A stretch of DNA of 32,000 bases from Kineococcus radiotolerans SRS30216 = ATCC BAA-149 (GCF_000017305.1 NC_009664.2:4140001-4172000), one strand, 5' to 3'; shown: positions 1 to 9,580, counted from the stretch's first letter. Notes: generated by a model not told the origin, from the sequence alone. A program made the numbers and translations.

Positions 1-172
1 CCTCGTCCGCCCAGGCGCCCTGCGTCCGCCCGTCCCACACCACGTGCCGGATGCCGGGCTCCAGCGCCTCCGGGCGCCGGCTCACCACGACGACCTCGTC
101 ACCGCGGGCGGCCAGCGCCCGCCGCAGCACACCGCCGACCTGGCCCGTTCCCCCCGGGATCACGATCTTCAC
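1..172 (-). CDS. NAD(P)-binding epimerase-like protein, N-terminal fragment (gene runs off the left edge)
   Basis: The reverse complement from GTG at 172 reads VKIVIPGGTGQVGGVLRRALAARGDEVVVVSRRPEALEPGIRHVVWDGRTQ. It has a GxxGxxG Rossmann start typical of SDR/epimerase (TIGR01777-like) proteins. It is absent from the ORF track because it is truncated. Confidence 0.55.
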   Translation of the reverse strand, partial: MKIVIPGGTGQVGGVLRRALAARGDEVVVVSRRPEALEPGIRHVVWDGRTQGAWADE

Positions 173-280
173 GGGGTGAGCCTAGGACCGTCCGCCCGCG
201 CGCGGAGCGCGACGGCCGCGGCGGGCCGGGCGAGGACCGGTCGGTGGCGGGGCGTGTTCCCGCCCGGTTAGCGTCGGTGC

Positions 281-955
281 GTGGAGCTCAGCCCCGTCCC
301 CTCCGGAGCCGACGTCGCACCCGATCTGGTGGGCCCGGTCGCGCACCCCGGCGGGCACCCCGGCGGGCCCCGCCGCGAGGCCCTGGCCCGGCTGGTCTCG
401 GAGGTCACCTCCCCTCCGCGCGTCATGGCCCTGGTGCAGACCCTCGTCGCCTTCGACTCCTGCACCACCACGCGCCGGGCGGTCGGGCTGTCGGCCTGGA
501 CGGCGGGCACGACGGCGCTGCTGCCGGACCTGTTCGTGCGGTGGGGCGCGGCGCGCGGCCACTGGAGCGACCGCGAGGTGAGCCGGCGCCACCAGCGCAC
601 CGTCCCGATCCTGTTCGGCCTGGTCTCCTGCGCGGTGGGCCTGACCGGTCTGCACCTCCTGGACGCCCCCGACGCGATGACGGCCGCCGTGTGGGCGCCC
701 ATCGCCGCCGTGCCCGCCTTCCTGGCCGTGAACCACTCCTGGACGAAGCTCTCCCTCCACGTCGGCTGCCTCGCCGGCGGGGTCGTCCTCACCACGGCGA
801 CGCACGGGCCGGCGGTCCTCCTCGCGGGTGTCCCCGCCCTGGTCGCCACCGCCTGGTCGCGCCGGGAGCTGGGTCACCACACCGTCGGTCAGCTGCTCCT
901 CGGGGGCGTGATCGGCGCCGGGACGACCGCCGCGGTCCACCTGGCGCTGCGCTGA
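281..955 (+). CDS. integral membrane protein, weakly PAP2/phosphatase-like
   Basis: The protein has several hydrophobic segments (VPILFGLVSCAVGLTGLHLL, AAVWAPIAAVPAFLAV, LAGGVVLTTATHGPAVLLAGVPALVA, LLLGGVIGAGTTAAV). A C-terminal SRRELGHHTVGQ resembles the PAP2 SRx5Hx3D box. The start is uncertain. Overlapping Arg/Pro-rich ORFs were judged off-frame. Confidence 0.45.
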   Translation: MELSPVPSGADVAPDLVGPVAHPGGHPGGPRREALARLVSEVTSPPRVMALVQTLVAFDSCTTTRRAVGLSAWTAGTTALLPDLFVRWGAARGHWSDREVSRRHQRTVPILFGLVSCAVGLTGLHLLDAPDAMTAAVWAPIAAVPAFLAVNHSWTKLSLHVGCLAGGVVLTTATHGPAVLLAGVPALVATAWSRRELGHHTVGQLLLGGVIGAGTTAAVHLALR

Positions 956-980
956 GGCGGGGTCCGGGACCCCGCGCCGG

Positions 981-1961
981 TCAGCGGACCGCGGCGGGGG
1001 CGGCGAGCGCGGCGGCGGCCAGCCGTTCCGACAGGGAGCGGAAGGCCTCGGCGAGGGCCGGGGGGCTGACGGCGAGGACGTCGGCGTCGTGGCGGGCGAC
1101 GGCGGCGGCGAGGCCGACCCAGGACCAGGCGCCCAGGGTGAGCCGGCAGCGCTCGGGGCCGAGGGCCTCGACGGTGCCGTCGTGGGCGAACGGGGTCACC
1201 CGGGAGGCGGGGGCGGCGAGCTCGACGGTCCCGGTGCAGGGCCAGGCGCCCGTGGGGTCGGTGGAACCCCGGAAGCGGCGGTCGACGAAGGCGGCGGGGT
1301 CCCCGCCGGGCACCTCGCGCGGGGCGAACCGCGGTCCGGTCGGGGTGCGGGGGGTGAGCCGGTCGGCGCGGTAGGCGCGCCAGTCCCCCCGGTCGAGGTC
1401 GAAGCCGAGCAGGTACCACCGCCCGCGCCGGGTGATCAGGTGGTGCGGCTCGGCCCGGCGGTCGTCCCCGGCGTAGCCGAAGCGCAGGACCTCGCGGGCG
1501 CGGACCGCGGCCGCGAGGGCGGTGAGGACCGCGGGGTCGACGTCGGGGACCGCGCTCGCCGGGAGGGGGGTGAGGTGGACGGTGTCCACCCGGTGGCGCA
1601 GCCGGGTGGGCAGCACCTGGCGCACGGTGCCCAGGGCCCGGGCGGCGGCCTCCCCGATGCCGGCGCCGCTGGTGGCGGCGAGCTGCAGGGCGATGGCGAG
1701 GGCGACGGCCTGCTCGTCGTCGAACAGCAGCGGCGGCAGCGCGGTGCCCGCCTCCAGGCGGTAGCCGCCGCCGGGCCCCTTCAGCGCCCGCACGGGGTAC
1801 CCCAGCCCGCGCAGCCGGTCGACGTCGCGGCGCACGGTGCGGGGGGTGACGTCCAGCCGCTCGGCCAGGGTGGCGCCGGGCCAGTCCCGGCGGACCTGCA
1901 GCAGGGACAGCAGGGTGAGCAGCCGGGACGACGTCCCGTTCCTCTCGGTCACGTCGTTCAT
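981..1961 (-). CDS. HTH + WYL-domain transcriptional regulator (YafY-like)
   Basis: An N-terminal HTH (LLTLLSLLQVRRDWPGATLAERLDVTPRTVRRDVDRLRGLGYPVRALKGPGGGYRL) is followed by a long C-terminal ligand-type domain. The gene is divergent from a VOC-fold gene, a common pairing. Confidence 0.8.
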   Translation of the reverse strand: MNDVTERNGTSSRLLTLLSLLQVRRDWPGATLAERLDVTPRTVRRDVDRLRGLGYPVRALKGPGGGYRLEAGTALPPLLFDDEQAVALAIALQLAATSGAGIGEAAARALGTVRQVLPTRLRHRVDTVHLTPLPASAVPDVDPAVLTALAAAVRAREVLRFGYAGDDRRAEPHHLITRRGRWYLLGFDLDRGDWRAYRADRLTPRTPTGPRFAPREVPGGDPAAFVDRRFRGSTDPTGAWPCTGTVELAAPASRVTPFAHDGTVEALGPERCRLTLGAWSWVGLAAAVARHDADVLAVSPPALAEAFRSLSERLAAAALAAPAAVR

Positions 1962-2056
1962 GGTGCCCGGAGCAGAGGACCGGAACCGTCCTCTTCCGGT
2001 GGGACGGTCCTCCCACCGCCACCGCAGGAGTGGCGGGACGGACCGAGGAGACCGAC

Positions 2057-2488
2057 GTGAGCATCACGACCACCACCCACCTGAACTTCCGCGGCCGCGC
2101 CGCGGAGGCCCTCGCCTTCTACGCCTCGGTGTTCGGCGGGCAGGTCACCGCCTTCACCTTCGCCCAGGGCGGCGACGAGCGGGACACCGCCGACGGCGCC
2201 GTGGGGGAGCAGGTCAAGTGGGGGGCGGTGACCTCGCCCAGCGGGTTCTCCGTCATGGCCTTCGACGTCCCGCCCGGGCGAGCCCACGACCCGGGCACCG
2301 ACGCGGTGTACGTCTCGGTGCGCGGCACCAGCGCCGAGGAGATCACCGGTTGCTGGCGCGCCCTCGTCGACGGCGGGACGGTGCGCGCGGACCTCGCCCC
2401 GGCCGGCTACGCCCCGCTGTACGGGATGGTCACCGACCGCTTCGGGGTGACTTGGGTGCTGGACGTCCTCCCGCCCTCCCGCGGCTGA
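2057..2488 (+). CDS. VOC/glyoxalase-fold protein (PhnB-like)
   Basis: VSITTTTHLNFRGRAAEALAFYASVFGG ... YGMVTDRFGVTWVL is typical of PhnB/3-demethylubiquinone-methyltransferase-like VOC proteins. GTG 2057 is preferred to the ORF-track start at 2030. Confidence 0.7.
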   Translation: MSITTTTHLNFRGRAAEALAFYASVFGGQVTAFTFAQGGDERDTADGAVGEQVKWGAVTSPSGFSVMAFDVPPGRAHDPGTDAVYVSVRGTSAEEITGCWRALVDGGTVRADLAPAGYAPLYGMVTDRFGVTWVLDVLPPSRG

Positions 2489-2780
2489 CCCCGCTTCGGC
2501 CGGCGGCCGCGCCGGGCCGCGGCCTCCGGTGGAGCCACCACCCGAGCATCAGCCCGCTGACCGCGGTGTTGAAGCCGTGCAGCACCCAGAGGGGGCCGGC
2601 CGGGATCGTCGTCAGGTAGAGGGCCTGCGCGACGTTGCCGACGTTGGCGATCAGCAGGTTCGCGCCGCTGTACGACGACAGGTCCCGGCTGCGGGCGGCC
2701 TTGGCCAGCATGGGCAGGGAGCTGAGGACGAACAGGGCCGTCGCGACGACCCCGGCGCTCGCGGCGACGGTTCCCCACAC
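2430..2780 (-). CDS. small three-TM membrane protein, PQ-loop/SemiSWEET-like
   Basis: GTG at 2780 is preceded by GGAAGGA about 6 nt upstream. There are three hydrophobic helices. The loop SLPMLAKAARSRDLSSYS resembles the PQ-loop motif. The low-complexity tail overlaps the convergent VOC gene end by about 59 bp. Confidence 0.5.
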   Translation of the reverse strand: MWGTVAASAGVVATALFVLSSLPMLAKAARSRDLSSYSGANLLIANVGNVAQALYLTTIPAGPLWVLHGFNTAVSGLMLGWWLHRRPRPGAAAGRSGVSRGRAGGRPAPKSPRSGR

Positions 2781-2982
2781 GGGACGTCCTTCCCTGAGGT
2801 GTTGGTGGTGGCGGGCGGCGGTCGCCCGGGCCGGCGCACCGGCGGCCGGCCGCACCGGGGAGTCGCGCGGTGGCCCGCCGGTGTGAGGTGCAGGATCGGG
2901 GGGTGTCCCGGGTGGTCTCGCGGGCCGGTCGCCCCACCGGTCGCGGTGCGGACCTCACACCCGGGCCGTCCCGGGCGACTGC

Positions 2983-3492
2983 GTGGTGATGACGACGCGA
3001 GAGCTCTTCGAAGACGCGGTGCAGCGGCACGGGCCGACGGTGCTGCGGGTCTGCCGCGCCCTGCTGGGCCCGACCGCGGACGCCGACGACGCCTGGTCGG
3101 AGACCTTCCTGGCCGCCCTCCGGGCGTGGCCGACGATGGCCGACGGCACCAACGTCGAGGCGTGGCTCGTGCGGGTCGCCCAGCGGAAGGCGGTGGACGT
3201 CATCCGCTCCCGGGCGCGTCGTCCGACACCGGTCGAGGCGCTGCCCGAGGCCCGCGCCCGGCCCGACGCCTCCGACAGCGCGAGGATCGAGCTGTGGGAC
3301 CTCGTGGCCGCGCTGCCCGAGCGGCAGCGGCTGGCGGTGGCCTACCACTACTTCGGCGGCCTGCCCCACGCCGAGACCGCCGAACTCATCGGGGGGACGA
3401 GCGCGGCCGTGCGGCGAGCCGCCGCGGACGGCGTCGCGGCCCTGCGCAGGAACTACCGCCCGACACCCGCAGCGGAAGGACGACACCCGTGA
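2983..3492 (+). CDS. ECF-type RNA polymerase sigma-70 family factor
   Basis: Region 2-like DDAWSETFLAALRAW...WLVRVAQRKAVDVIR and region 4-like LPERQRLAVAYHYFGGLPHAETAELIGGTSAAVRRAAADG are present. Start candidates are GTG 2983, GTG 2986 and ATG 2989. Confidence 0.8.
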   Translation: MVMTTRELFEDAVQRHGPTVLRVCRALLGPTADADDAWSETFLAALRAWPTMADGTNVEAWLVRVAQRKAVDVIRSRARRPTPVEALPEARARPDASDSARIELWDLVAALPERQRLAVAYHYFGGLPHAETAELIGGTSAAVRRAAADGVAALRRNYRPTPAAEGRHP

Positions 3493-4127
3493 ACCACGAC
3501 GACCACGACCAGGACCACGACCACGAGGGCGACCACGAGGAGGCGGCGGCGCTGTTCCCGGTGACCGCCGCGGAACTGGACCGGCTGCGGGCGCGGCTGG
3601 TCGAGCGGGCGGAGGCCGAGGACCTCGTCGACGTCGCCTACCGGACCCTGGACACGCCGGTGGGCCGGCTGCTGCTCGCCGCGACCGGACGCGGACTCGT
3701 CCGCGTCGCCTACGCCGGCGAGGGGCTCGACGCCGTGCTCCACACCCTGGCCGCCCGGCTCAGCCCCCGCGTCCTGGAGGCGCCCCGGCGTCTGGACGGG
3801 GTGGCGCGCGAGCTCGACGAGTACTTCGCCGGGCTCCGGCGGACCTTCGACGTCCCGCTGGACACGGCGTTGTCCGGTGGGTTCCGGCGGACCGTGCAGC
3901 AGCACCTGCCGCGCATCGAGTACGGCCGGACCCAGACCTACAAGGAGGTGGCCGGTCTCGTCGGGAATCCGAACGCGGTGCGGGCCGTGGGCACCGCGTG
4001 CGCCACGAACCCGCTCCCCATCGTCGTGCCCTGCCACCGGGTCCTGCGGACCGACGGCGGCCTCGGCGGTTACGTCGGCGGTCTGGAGGCCAAGAGGGCG
4101 CTGCTGCGGCTGGAGGGCGCCGCCTGA
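3489..4127 (+). CDS. ogt: methylated-DNA--protein-cysteine methyltransferase with His/Asp-rich N-terminal extension
   Basis: The active-site PCHRV lies in NPLPIVVPCHRVLRTDGGLGGYVGGLEAKRALL. GTG 3489 overlaps the sigma stop codon as GTGA. The N-terminus reads VNHDDHDQDHDHEGDHEE. Confidence 0.85.
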   Translation: MNHDDHDQDHDHEGDHEEAAALFPVTAAELDRLRARLVERAEAEDLVDVAYRTLDTPVGRLLLAATGRGLVRVAYAGEGLDAVLHTLAARLSPRVLEAPRRLDGVARELDEYFAGLRRTFDVPLDTALSGGFRRTVQQHLPRIEYGRTQTYKEVAGLVGNPNAVRAVGTACATNPLPIVVPCHRVLRTDGGLGGYVGGLEAKRALLRLEGAA

Positions 4128-4131
4128 CGCA

Positions 4132-4149
4132 CCGGTCCGCACGGACCGG
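4132..4149. terminator. GC-rich hairpin between convergent genes
   Basis: CCGGTCC-gcac-GGACCGG is a perfect 7-bp stem with a 4-nt loop, starting 5 nt after the ogt stop. There is no U-tract, which is usual in high-GC actinobacteria. Confidence 0.35.
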
Positions 4150-4164
4150 CTGCGCCCGGGCCCC

Positions 4165-4212
4165 GGCCGGGTTCCGGGCCGGGTTCCAGGCCGGGTTTCA
4201 GGCCCCGGCCCG
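4165..4212. repeat. 12-bp tandem repeat x3 plus a partial fourth unit
   Basis: The units are GGCCGGGTTCCG, GGCCGGGTTCCA, GGCCGGGTTTCA and GGCCCCGGCCCG. The third unit contains the stop codon (4198-4200, minus strand) of the epimerase gene. Confidence 0.7.
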
Positions 4213-5115
4213 GGGGTCCGCCAGCACGTCGCGCCACGAGTGCTCGGGGGCGTAGCCGAGCAGGTCGCGGGCCTTGTCGATGCTGTAGAAGGTCTCGTCC
4301 CGGCCCATCTCGCGGCGCACCTCGACCCCCTCGTAGAAGGTGTCGATGATCTCCCGGGTGGTCGCGGCGACGGACAGGTCGGCGTTGGCGACGTTGAAGA
4401 TCTCGAAACCGAGCCCGTCGGTCTCCAGCGCGCGCAGGGTCAGCTGGCCCAGGTCCCGGGTGTCGATGTAGGCGAAGAAGTTGCGCCGTCGCAGCGACGG
4501 GTCCGCCAGGAAGGGCGGGAACTTCTCGGCGTACTCGTGGGGTTCGATGACGTTGTTGATCCGCAGGCCGTAGACGTCCGCTCCGGTGCGGGCGTGGAAG
4601 GAGCGCGCGACGACCTCCCCGGCCACCTTCGACATGGCGTAGGAGTCCTCCGGCACCACGGGGTGCTCCTCGTCGACGGGCACGTAGAGCGGTTTGCGCT
4701 CGCCCTGCGCGAAGCAGATGCCGTAGGTCGTCTCCGAGGAGGCGAAGACCACCTTGCGGACGCCGAGCCGGGTCGCGGCCTCCAGCACGTTGTAGTGCGC
4801 CGAGATGTTCGTCGCGAACGTCGTGGCGTCCGGGGCGATCAGCATGGAGGGGATCGCGGCGAAGTGGACGACGGCGTCGTAGGCCGACCCGCCGCTCCTG
4901 CCGGGGGCCGGTCCGTCGAGGTCGGCCGTCGTGGGCGTGCCCGCCAGCGCGGAGTAGACCTGGCCGGCGTCGGTCAGGTCGACCCGGAGGTCGGTGACGT
5001 CGGGGTGGCGCAGCGGGGTGAGGTCGGCGTTGGTGACCTGGTGGCCCCGGGAGGCCAGGTACGGGGCGACGTGGTGACCGGCCTTGCCGCTGCCGCCGGT
5101 GAAGAAGATGCGCAT
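4198..5115 (-). CDS. NAD-dependent epimerase/dehydratase family protein
   Basis: MRIFFTGGSGKAGHHVAPYLASRGHQV gives a Rossmann start. A YxxxK-type region is YAMSKVAGE. ATG at 5115, preceded by GGAGG, is chosen over the longer ORF-track start at 5292. Confidence 0.8.
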   Translation of the reverse strand: MRIFFTGGSGKAGHHVAPYLASRGHQVTNADLTPLRHPDVTDLRVDLTDAGQVYSALAGTPTTADLDGPAPGRSGGSAYDAVVHFAAIPSMLIAPDATTFATNISAHYNVLEAATRLGVRKVVFASSETTYGICFAQGERKPLYVPVDEEHPVVPEDSYAMSKVAGEVVARSFHARTGADVYGLRINNVIEPHEYAEKFPPFLADPSLRRRNFFAYIDTRDLGQLTLRALETDGLGFEIFNVANADLSVAATTREIIDTFYEGVEVRREMGRDETFYSIDKARDLLGYAPEHSWRDVLADPRAGA

Positions 5116-5212
5116 GCCTCCAGCCAACCACTCGCTCCTCGCCCCGCCACCGCGAGCCGCGCGAGGCCCTCCTCGACGACGGGGCGGCACCCGGCCGATC
5201 GTGTGAGCTGCT

Positions 5213-5779
5213 GTGACATCGCTGGGCACTCCCGGACCCGACCCGACGGCGCGCGACGTCCTCCGTCCGCTGCACGACCTGCTCGACGCCATGGACGACC
5301 AGATCGCCGCCGTCTACGCCCGGCACGGCGTGGCCGGGGTGCGGCCCCGGTTCAGCAAGGCCCTCATCCGCCTGCACCGCCACGGCCCCCTGACGATCAA
5401 GGCCCTCGCCGGCCACCTCGGCGTGACCCACTCCGCCATGAGCCAGACCGTCACCGCCATGCGCCGCGACGGGCTCCTCGACAGCGCCCCCGGTGAGGAC
5501 GCCCGCACCCGCACCGTGACCCTGACCGGGGCCGGGCGGGCGCTCGTCCCGTTCCTGGAAGCGGAGTGGCGGGCCACCGAGGCCGCCTGGGCCGAGCTGG
5601 ACGCCGAGGTGCCCTACGCCCTGACCCGGGTCGTCGACGACCTGCGCCGGGCCCTGACCCGCCGGTCCTTCGCCGACCGCGTCGACGACCACCTCGGCAA
5701 CCCGGGACCGGGCACCCCGGCGGCCGGTGCGGCTCCCGCCACCGGGCGGAGCGCCGGCCCGCCCCCCGGCGGGCGGTGA
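5213..5779 (+). CDS. MarR family transcriptional regulator
   Basis: A winged-helix region reads LIRLHRHGPLTIKALAGHLGVTHSAMSQTVTAMRRDGLLDSAPGEDARTRTVTLTGAG. The gene is divergent from the epimerase and is followed by an MFS gene. Confidence 0.8.
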   Translation: MTSLGTPGPDPTARDVLRPLHDLLDAMDDQIAAVYARHGVAGVRPRFSKALIRLHRHGPLTIKALAGHLGVTHSAMSQTVTAMRRDGLLDSAPGEDARTRTVTLTGAGRALVPFLEAEWRATEAAWAELDAEVPYALTRVVDDLRRALTRRSFADRVDDHLGNPGPGTPAAGAAPATGRSAGPPPGGR

Positions 5780-7116
5780 TGCGGCCGGGCCGCTTCGTCG
5801 ACACCCGGCCCCTGCGGGTCTCCCCGGCCTTCCGGCGGCTGTGGATCGGCAGCACCGCAGCCGGTCTCAGCGGCCAGCTCGCCGCCACCGCCGTGCTCCA
5901 CCAGGTCTGGGAACTGACCGGCAGCCCGTGGTGGACCGGGACCATCGGCCTGGCCACCGCCGTGCCCACCGTCGTCGGGGGTCTCGTCGGGGGCACCCTG
6001 GCCGACGCGGTCGACCGCCGCCGCCTCGTCCTGGTCACCACTACCGCCACCGTCGCCGCCGCCGGGCTCGCCGCCCAGGCGGGGCCCGGCACCGGGTCCG
6101 TGCTCCTGGTCCTGGCCCTGGTCGTGCTCCAGACCACCGCGACCGCGCTCGGCGCGCCGGCCCGGCGAACGTTCACCACCCGCCTCCTGCCGACCGACCT
6201 CGTCCCCGCCGGGGTGGCGCTGAACCACGTCGGCTTCCAGGTCGCCGTGCTCGCCGGCCCCGCCCTGGCCGGCGTCCTCCTGGCCACCGGTGGCCTGCGC
6301 GCCGCCTACCTCGCCGACGTGCTCGGCCTCACCGTCTCCCTGCACGGCGTGCTGCGCCTCCCCGCCCCGGGGACCGCGTCCCCGCCCCGGCACCCCGCAC
6401 GCAGGACACCGGCGGGGCTGCGGGCGACGGGGGAGGGCTGGCGCTACCTGCTGAGCCGGCCGGAACTGCGCGGCTGCCTGGCCGCCGACCTGGCCGCCAC
6501 CGGCCTGGCCATGCCCGTCGCCCTGTTCCCCGCCGTCAACGACGAACGGTTCGGGGGAGGGGAGCACACCTTCGGGTTGCTCGCCTCCGCCGTCGCCGCC
6601 GGCGGGCTGCTGGCCGGGGCGGCCTCCGGGACGATCACCCGGGTGCCCCGGGCGGGCCGCCTCCTGCTGGTCGCCTCCGCGACCTGGGGTTCGGCGCTGG
6701 CGGCGTTCGCGCTGGTGGACTCCCTGCCCGCCACGCTGCTCTGCCTGGCGGCGGCCGGTGCCGCGGACACCGTGGCCGTCGTCTGCCGCGGCACCCTCGT
6801 GCAGGTCTCCACCCCCGACGCCTACCTGGGCCGCGTCAGCGCCGCGGAGAACGTCGTCGGGGTCGCCGGGCCCGGGCTGGGCAACGCCCGCGCCGGAGCG
6901 GTCGCCGGCCTGACCTCGGCCACGACGTCGGCCCTCACCGGTGGGCTCGCCTGCGTCGTGGTCGTCGGCGTCATCGCGGCCACCACCCCCGCCCTGCGCC
7001 GGTGGCGGCCACCCGCCGCCGTCACCCCCACCAGCGCCGCCACCCCGACGGGTCGGGTGCGGGGGCCGGTTCCTCACCGAGGGCGCGGGCGGCCTCGGCG
7101 ACGTCCTCGGAGGTGA
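5779..7116 (+). CDS. MFS transporter (EntS/efflux-like)
   Basis: The protein has about 12 hydrophobic segments. Its N-terminus [22 protein letters not shown] and the motif [13 protein letters not shown] are typical of MFS_3 exporters. The ATG overlaps the MarR stop by 1 nt. The 3' tail is low complexity. Confidence 0.75.
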   Translation: MRPGRFVDTRPLRVSPAFRRLWIGSTAAGLSGQLAATAVLHQVWELTGSPWWTGTIGLATAVPTVVGGLVGGTLADAVDRRRLVLVTTTATVAAAGLAAQAGPGTGSVLLVLALVVLQTTATALGAPARRTFTTRLLPTDLVPAGVALNHVGFQVAVLAGPALAGVLLATGGLRAAYLADVLGLTVSLHGVLRLPAPGTASPPRHPARRTPAGLRATGEGWRYLLSRPELRGCLAADLAATGLAMPVALFPAVNDERFGGGEHTFGLLASAVAAGGLLAGAASGTITRVPRAGRLLLVASATWGSALAAFALVDSLPATLLCLAAAGAADTVAVVCRGTLVQVSTPDAYLGRVSAAENVVGVAGPGLGNARAGAVAGLTSATTSALTGGLACVVVVGVIAATTPALRRWRPPAAVTPTSAATPTGRVRGPVPHRGRGRPRRRPRR

Positions 7117-8059
7117 GCGTCATGACCTCGGCGCGGTCGAGGTCCTCCGCGCTGCGGCCCGCGTCGCGCGTCAGCCGCAGCGCCTGGCGGTTGAGGGCCT
7201 GCTCGAACAACGTGCGGGCGAAGCGCGCGTTGCCGGACTCCTCGCCCGGGTGCAGGCCGCCGAGGATGTGGCGGAGCGTCTCCTCCGCACCCGGCGCCAG
7301 GTCGTACTCGTGCTGGGCGGCGATGATCGCGAAGATCTCCTGGAGCTCGTCGGTGGAGTAGTCGGGGAAGTCGACCTCGCGGGCGAAGCGGGAGCGCAGA
7401 CCGGGGTTGGAGAGCAGGAACGACTCCATCAGCCGGGGGTAGCCGGCCACGATCACCACCAGGCGGTGGCGGTGGTCCTCCATGCGCTTGAGCAGGACCT
7501 CGACGGCCTCGGTGCCGAAGTCGAGCCGGCCGTCGCCCTCGGGCGCCAGCGAGTAGGCCTCGTCGATGAAGAGGACGCCGTCGAGGGCCCGGCGGATGAC
7601 CCGGTCGGTCTTGATCGCCGTCTCCCCGACGTACTGCCCGACCAGGGCGGCCCGGTCGACCTCCACCAGGTGACCCTTCTGCAGCAGGCCGAGCGCCCGG
7701 TACATCTCGGCCAGCAGCCGCGCCACCGTGGTCTTGCCCGTGCCCGGGTTGCCGAGGAACACGAGGTGCTGGGACGTGGCCGCCTCGGGCAGGCCGTGCG
7801 CCTTGCGGCGGGCCTGCACCTGCAGGAAGGCGACGAGCGCCCGCACCTGCTCCTTCACCGTGCTCAGGCCGACGAGCGCGTCGAGCTCGGCCTGCAGGAC
7901 CGGGAGCGGGCGGGCCGGCCCGGGGCGGTTCGCGGAGCGGTCCCCGAAGCGGTCGCCCACCAGTTCGTCCACCCCGCGCAGACCGGAGCGCCCGAGCTGG
8001 TCCCCGAGGCGGGCGACCGTCTCGCGCAGGTCGTCGAGCGCTTTGCGGTTGATGGCCAT
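7022..8059 (-). CDS. AAA+ ATPase, CbbX/SpoVK-like
   Basis: Walker A is GNPGTGKTT and Walker B is [19 protein letters not shown]...RSRF is typical of the CbbX family. ATG at 8059 (MAINRK) is preferred to the ORF-track start at 8161. Confidence 0.8.
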   Translation of the reverse strand: MAINRKALDDLRETVARLGDQLGRSGLRGVDELVGDRFGDRSANRPGPARPLPVLQAELDALVGLSTVKEQVRALVAFLQVQARRKAHGLPEAATSQHLVFLGNPGTGKTTVARLLAEMYRALGLLQKGHLVEVDRAALVGQYVGETAIKTDRVIRRALDGVLFIDEAYSLAPEGDGRLDFGTEAVEVLLKRMEDHRHRLVVIVAGYPRLMESFLLSNPGLRSRFAREVDFPDYSTDELQEIFAIIAAQHEYDLAPGAEETLRHILGGLHPGEESGNARFARTLFEQALNRQALRLTRDAGRSAEDLDRAEVMTLTSEDVAEAARALGEEPAPAPDPSGWRRWWG

Positions 8060-8259
8060 GCCGCGAGGGTAGGGGCGCCCGACCCGGGTCTCCTCCCGGG
8101 ACCCGGTGACCGCCGGTGGTGGGGCCACCGCGCGCGGCCCGGTCGCCCGGTACGGGGACACGCACCGGGTCCCCCCGCCGGTCGCCGACTGCTACACAGG
8201 AGTTCCACAGTGCGGTGGCGGGTCCGGGGCACCGCACCTCGGCGAGGACGGGGAACGAC

Positions 8260-9573
8260 GTGGCGGTGCGAGGACGGCCCCAGCGGCTGCTGGGCGGATC
8301 GGTGCTGGTGGCGTGCCTGACGGCGACGGTCGTGACGGCGCCCGCCGGGGCAGCGGAGCGGGCGGTCGAGCGGGCCCCGGGCGGGACCCCCGGTGAGGTG
8401 GCGCTGGAGGAGGCATCCTTCGTCGACCCGACGGCGCAGGTGCGCCGCCCGGGATTGGTGGAGCTGGGGGAGCGGGTCTACGTGGGCCCCTTCGCGCAAC
8501 TGGTCCCCGGTCTGCGCGCGGGCATCGCCATCGGCGCGGAGTCCAACGTCCAGGACTCCGTGCGCGTGGAGGCGTGGGTGCCGCGCCGCAGCGGCGAGGA
8601 GCGCGCGCTGGCCGCGGCGGGGCTGCGCCCGCGGGACGGGGTGCGGACCGGCGAGCGGGTCATCCTCGCCCACGGGTCGGCCGTGCGGGGCCCGGCGCGC
8701 CTCGGTGCGGGGGAGGCCGACCCGGCGGACTCCGGGGTCTTCATCAGCTTCGGCGCGCTCGTCGACGGGGCCGTCCTGGAGCGCGACACGGGTCTGTCCG
8801 CCCTCAGCCGGGTGGGGCCCGGCGTGGTCCTGCGCAGCGGCACCCTCGTCCTGCCGGGCAAGGACGTGCGCACGCAGGCCGAGGCCGACGACCCGGCGCT
8901 GGGCAAGGTCCGCCCCCTCGTCGAGGCCGACCGGTTGTTCAACGCCGCCGTCGTGGAGGTCAACGTCGGCCTGGCCCGCGAGTACACCCGCCTGGCGGCG
9001 GAGGAGCCGGACGCGGTGCACGGCATCAACGTCGACCCCGGCGGCAACGTCTTCGACGTCTCGCGCGACGCGCCCACGGTGGAGTCCGCGCTGTGCACGG
9101 GCCCGGAGGTGCGTGAGCCCCGCTTCCGCAACCGGGTCATCGGCGACGTCTGCTTCGAGGACGACCTGAGGACGCTGTCGCAGCGGATGGGTTCGCGCAT
9201 CTCCCTGCGCGCCGACGAGGGCGGGCCGTTCTCCGTGGGCACCGTGCGCAGCATGGGCAACGGCACGATCTTCCACGCCCTGGAGGGCTCGGACCTCTCC
9301 ATCGGCAACCGTGTCACCTACGGCGAGCGGGTCGTCGTCCACGGCGGGGGGCGCCCGGCGGTCGACCCGACGACGGGGGTCGCCGCGCCCACGACGATCG
9401 GCAACGACGTCCACCTGGGCGACGGGTCGGTGGTCTTCCGCTCCCTGGTGCGCAACGACGCGGTCGTGGGGGAGCGCAGCGTCGTCGTGGGCAGCGAACT
9501 GGCGGTCGGGCAGGTCGTGCCGGACCGCACCGTCTACGCCAACGACGAGGTCTTCGGCCCGGTCGAGTGGTGA
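8260..9573 (+). CDS. secreted protein with two left-handed beta-helix (hexapeptide-repeat, gamma-carbonic-anhydrase-like) regions
   Basis: GTG 8260 gives the signal-like VAVRGRPQRLLGGSVLVACLTATVVTAPAGAAE. Hexapeptide-type runs include IAIGAESNVQDSVRVEA and TTIGNDVHLGDGSVVFRSLVRNDAVVGERSVVVGS. Confidence 0.6.
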   Translation: MAVRGRPQRLLGGSVLVACLTATVVTAPAGAAERAVERAPGGTPGEVALEEASFVDPTAQVRRPGLVELGERVYVGPFAQLVPGLRAGIAIGAESNVQDSVRVEAWVPRRSGEERALAAAGLRPRDGVRTGERVILAHGSAVRGPARLGAGEADPADSGVFISFGALVDGAVLERDTGLSALSRVGPGVVLRSGTLVLPGKDVRTQAEADDPALGKVRPLVEADRLFNAAVVEVNVGLAREYTRLAAEEPDAVHGINVDPGGNVFDVSRDAPTVESALCTGPEVREPRFRNRVIGDVCFEDDLRTLSQRMGSRISLRADEGGPFSVGTVRSMGNGTIFHALEGSDLSIGNRVTYGERVVVHGGGRPAVDPTTGVAAPTTIGNDVHLGDGSVVFRSLVRNDAVVGERSVVVGSELAVGQVVPDRTVYANDEVFGPVEW

Positions 9574-9580
9574 GCCGGCG

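Noticed and set aside
889-2076. Long Arg/Pro/Gly-rich ORFs overlapping real genes. Examples are 889..2076-, 244..1374+, 2407..3486-, 4070..5692-, 5614..7077-, 7864..9750-, 10241..13543+ and 13753..15198-.
   Set aside because: Their composition is typical of off-frame or antisense reading of about 75% GC DNA. Each overlaps a frame that has recognisable domain motifs.
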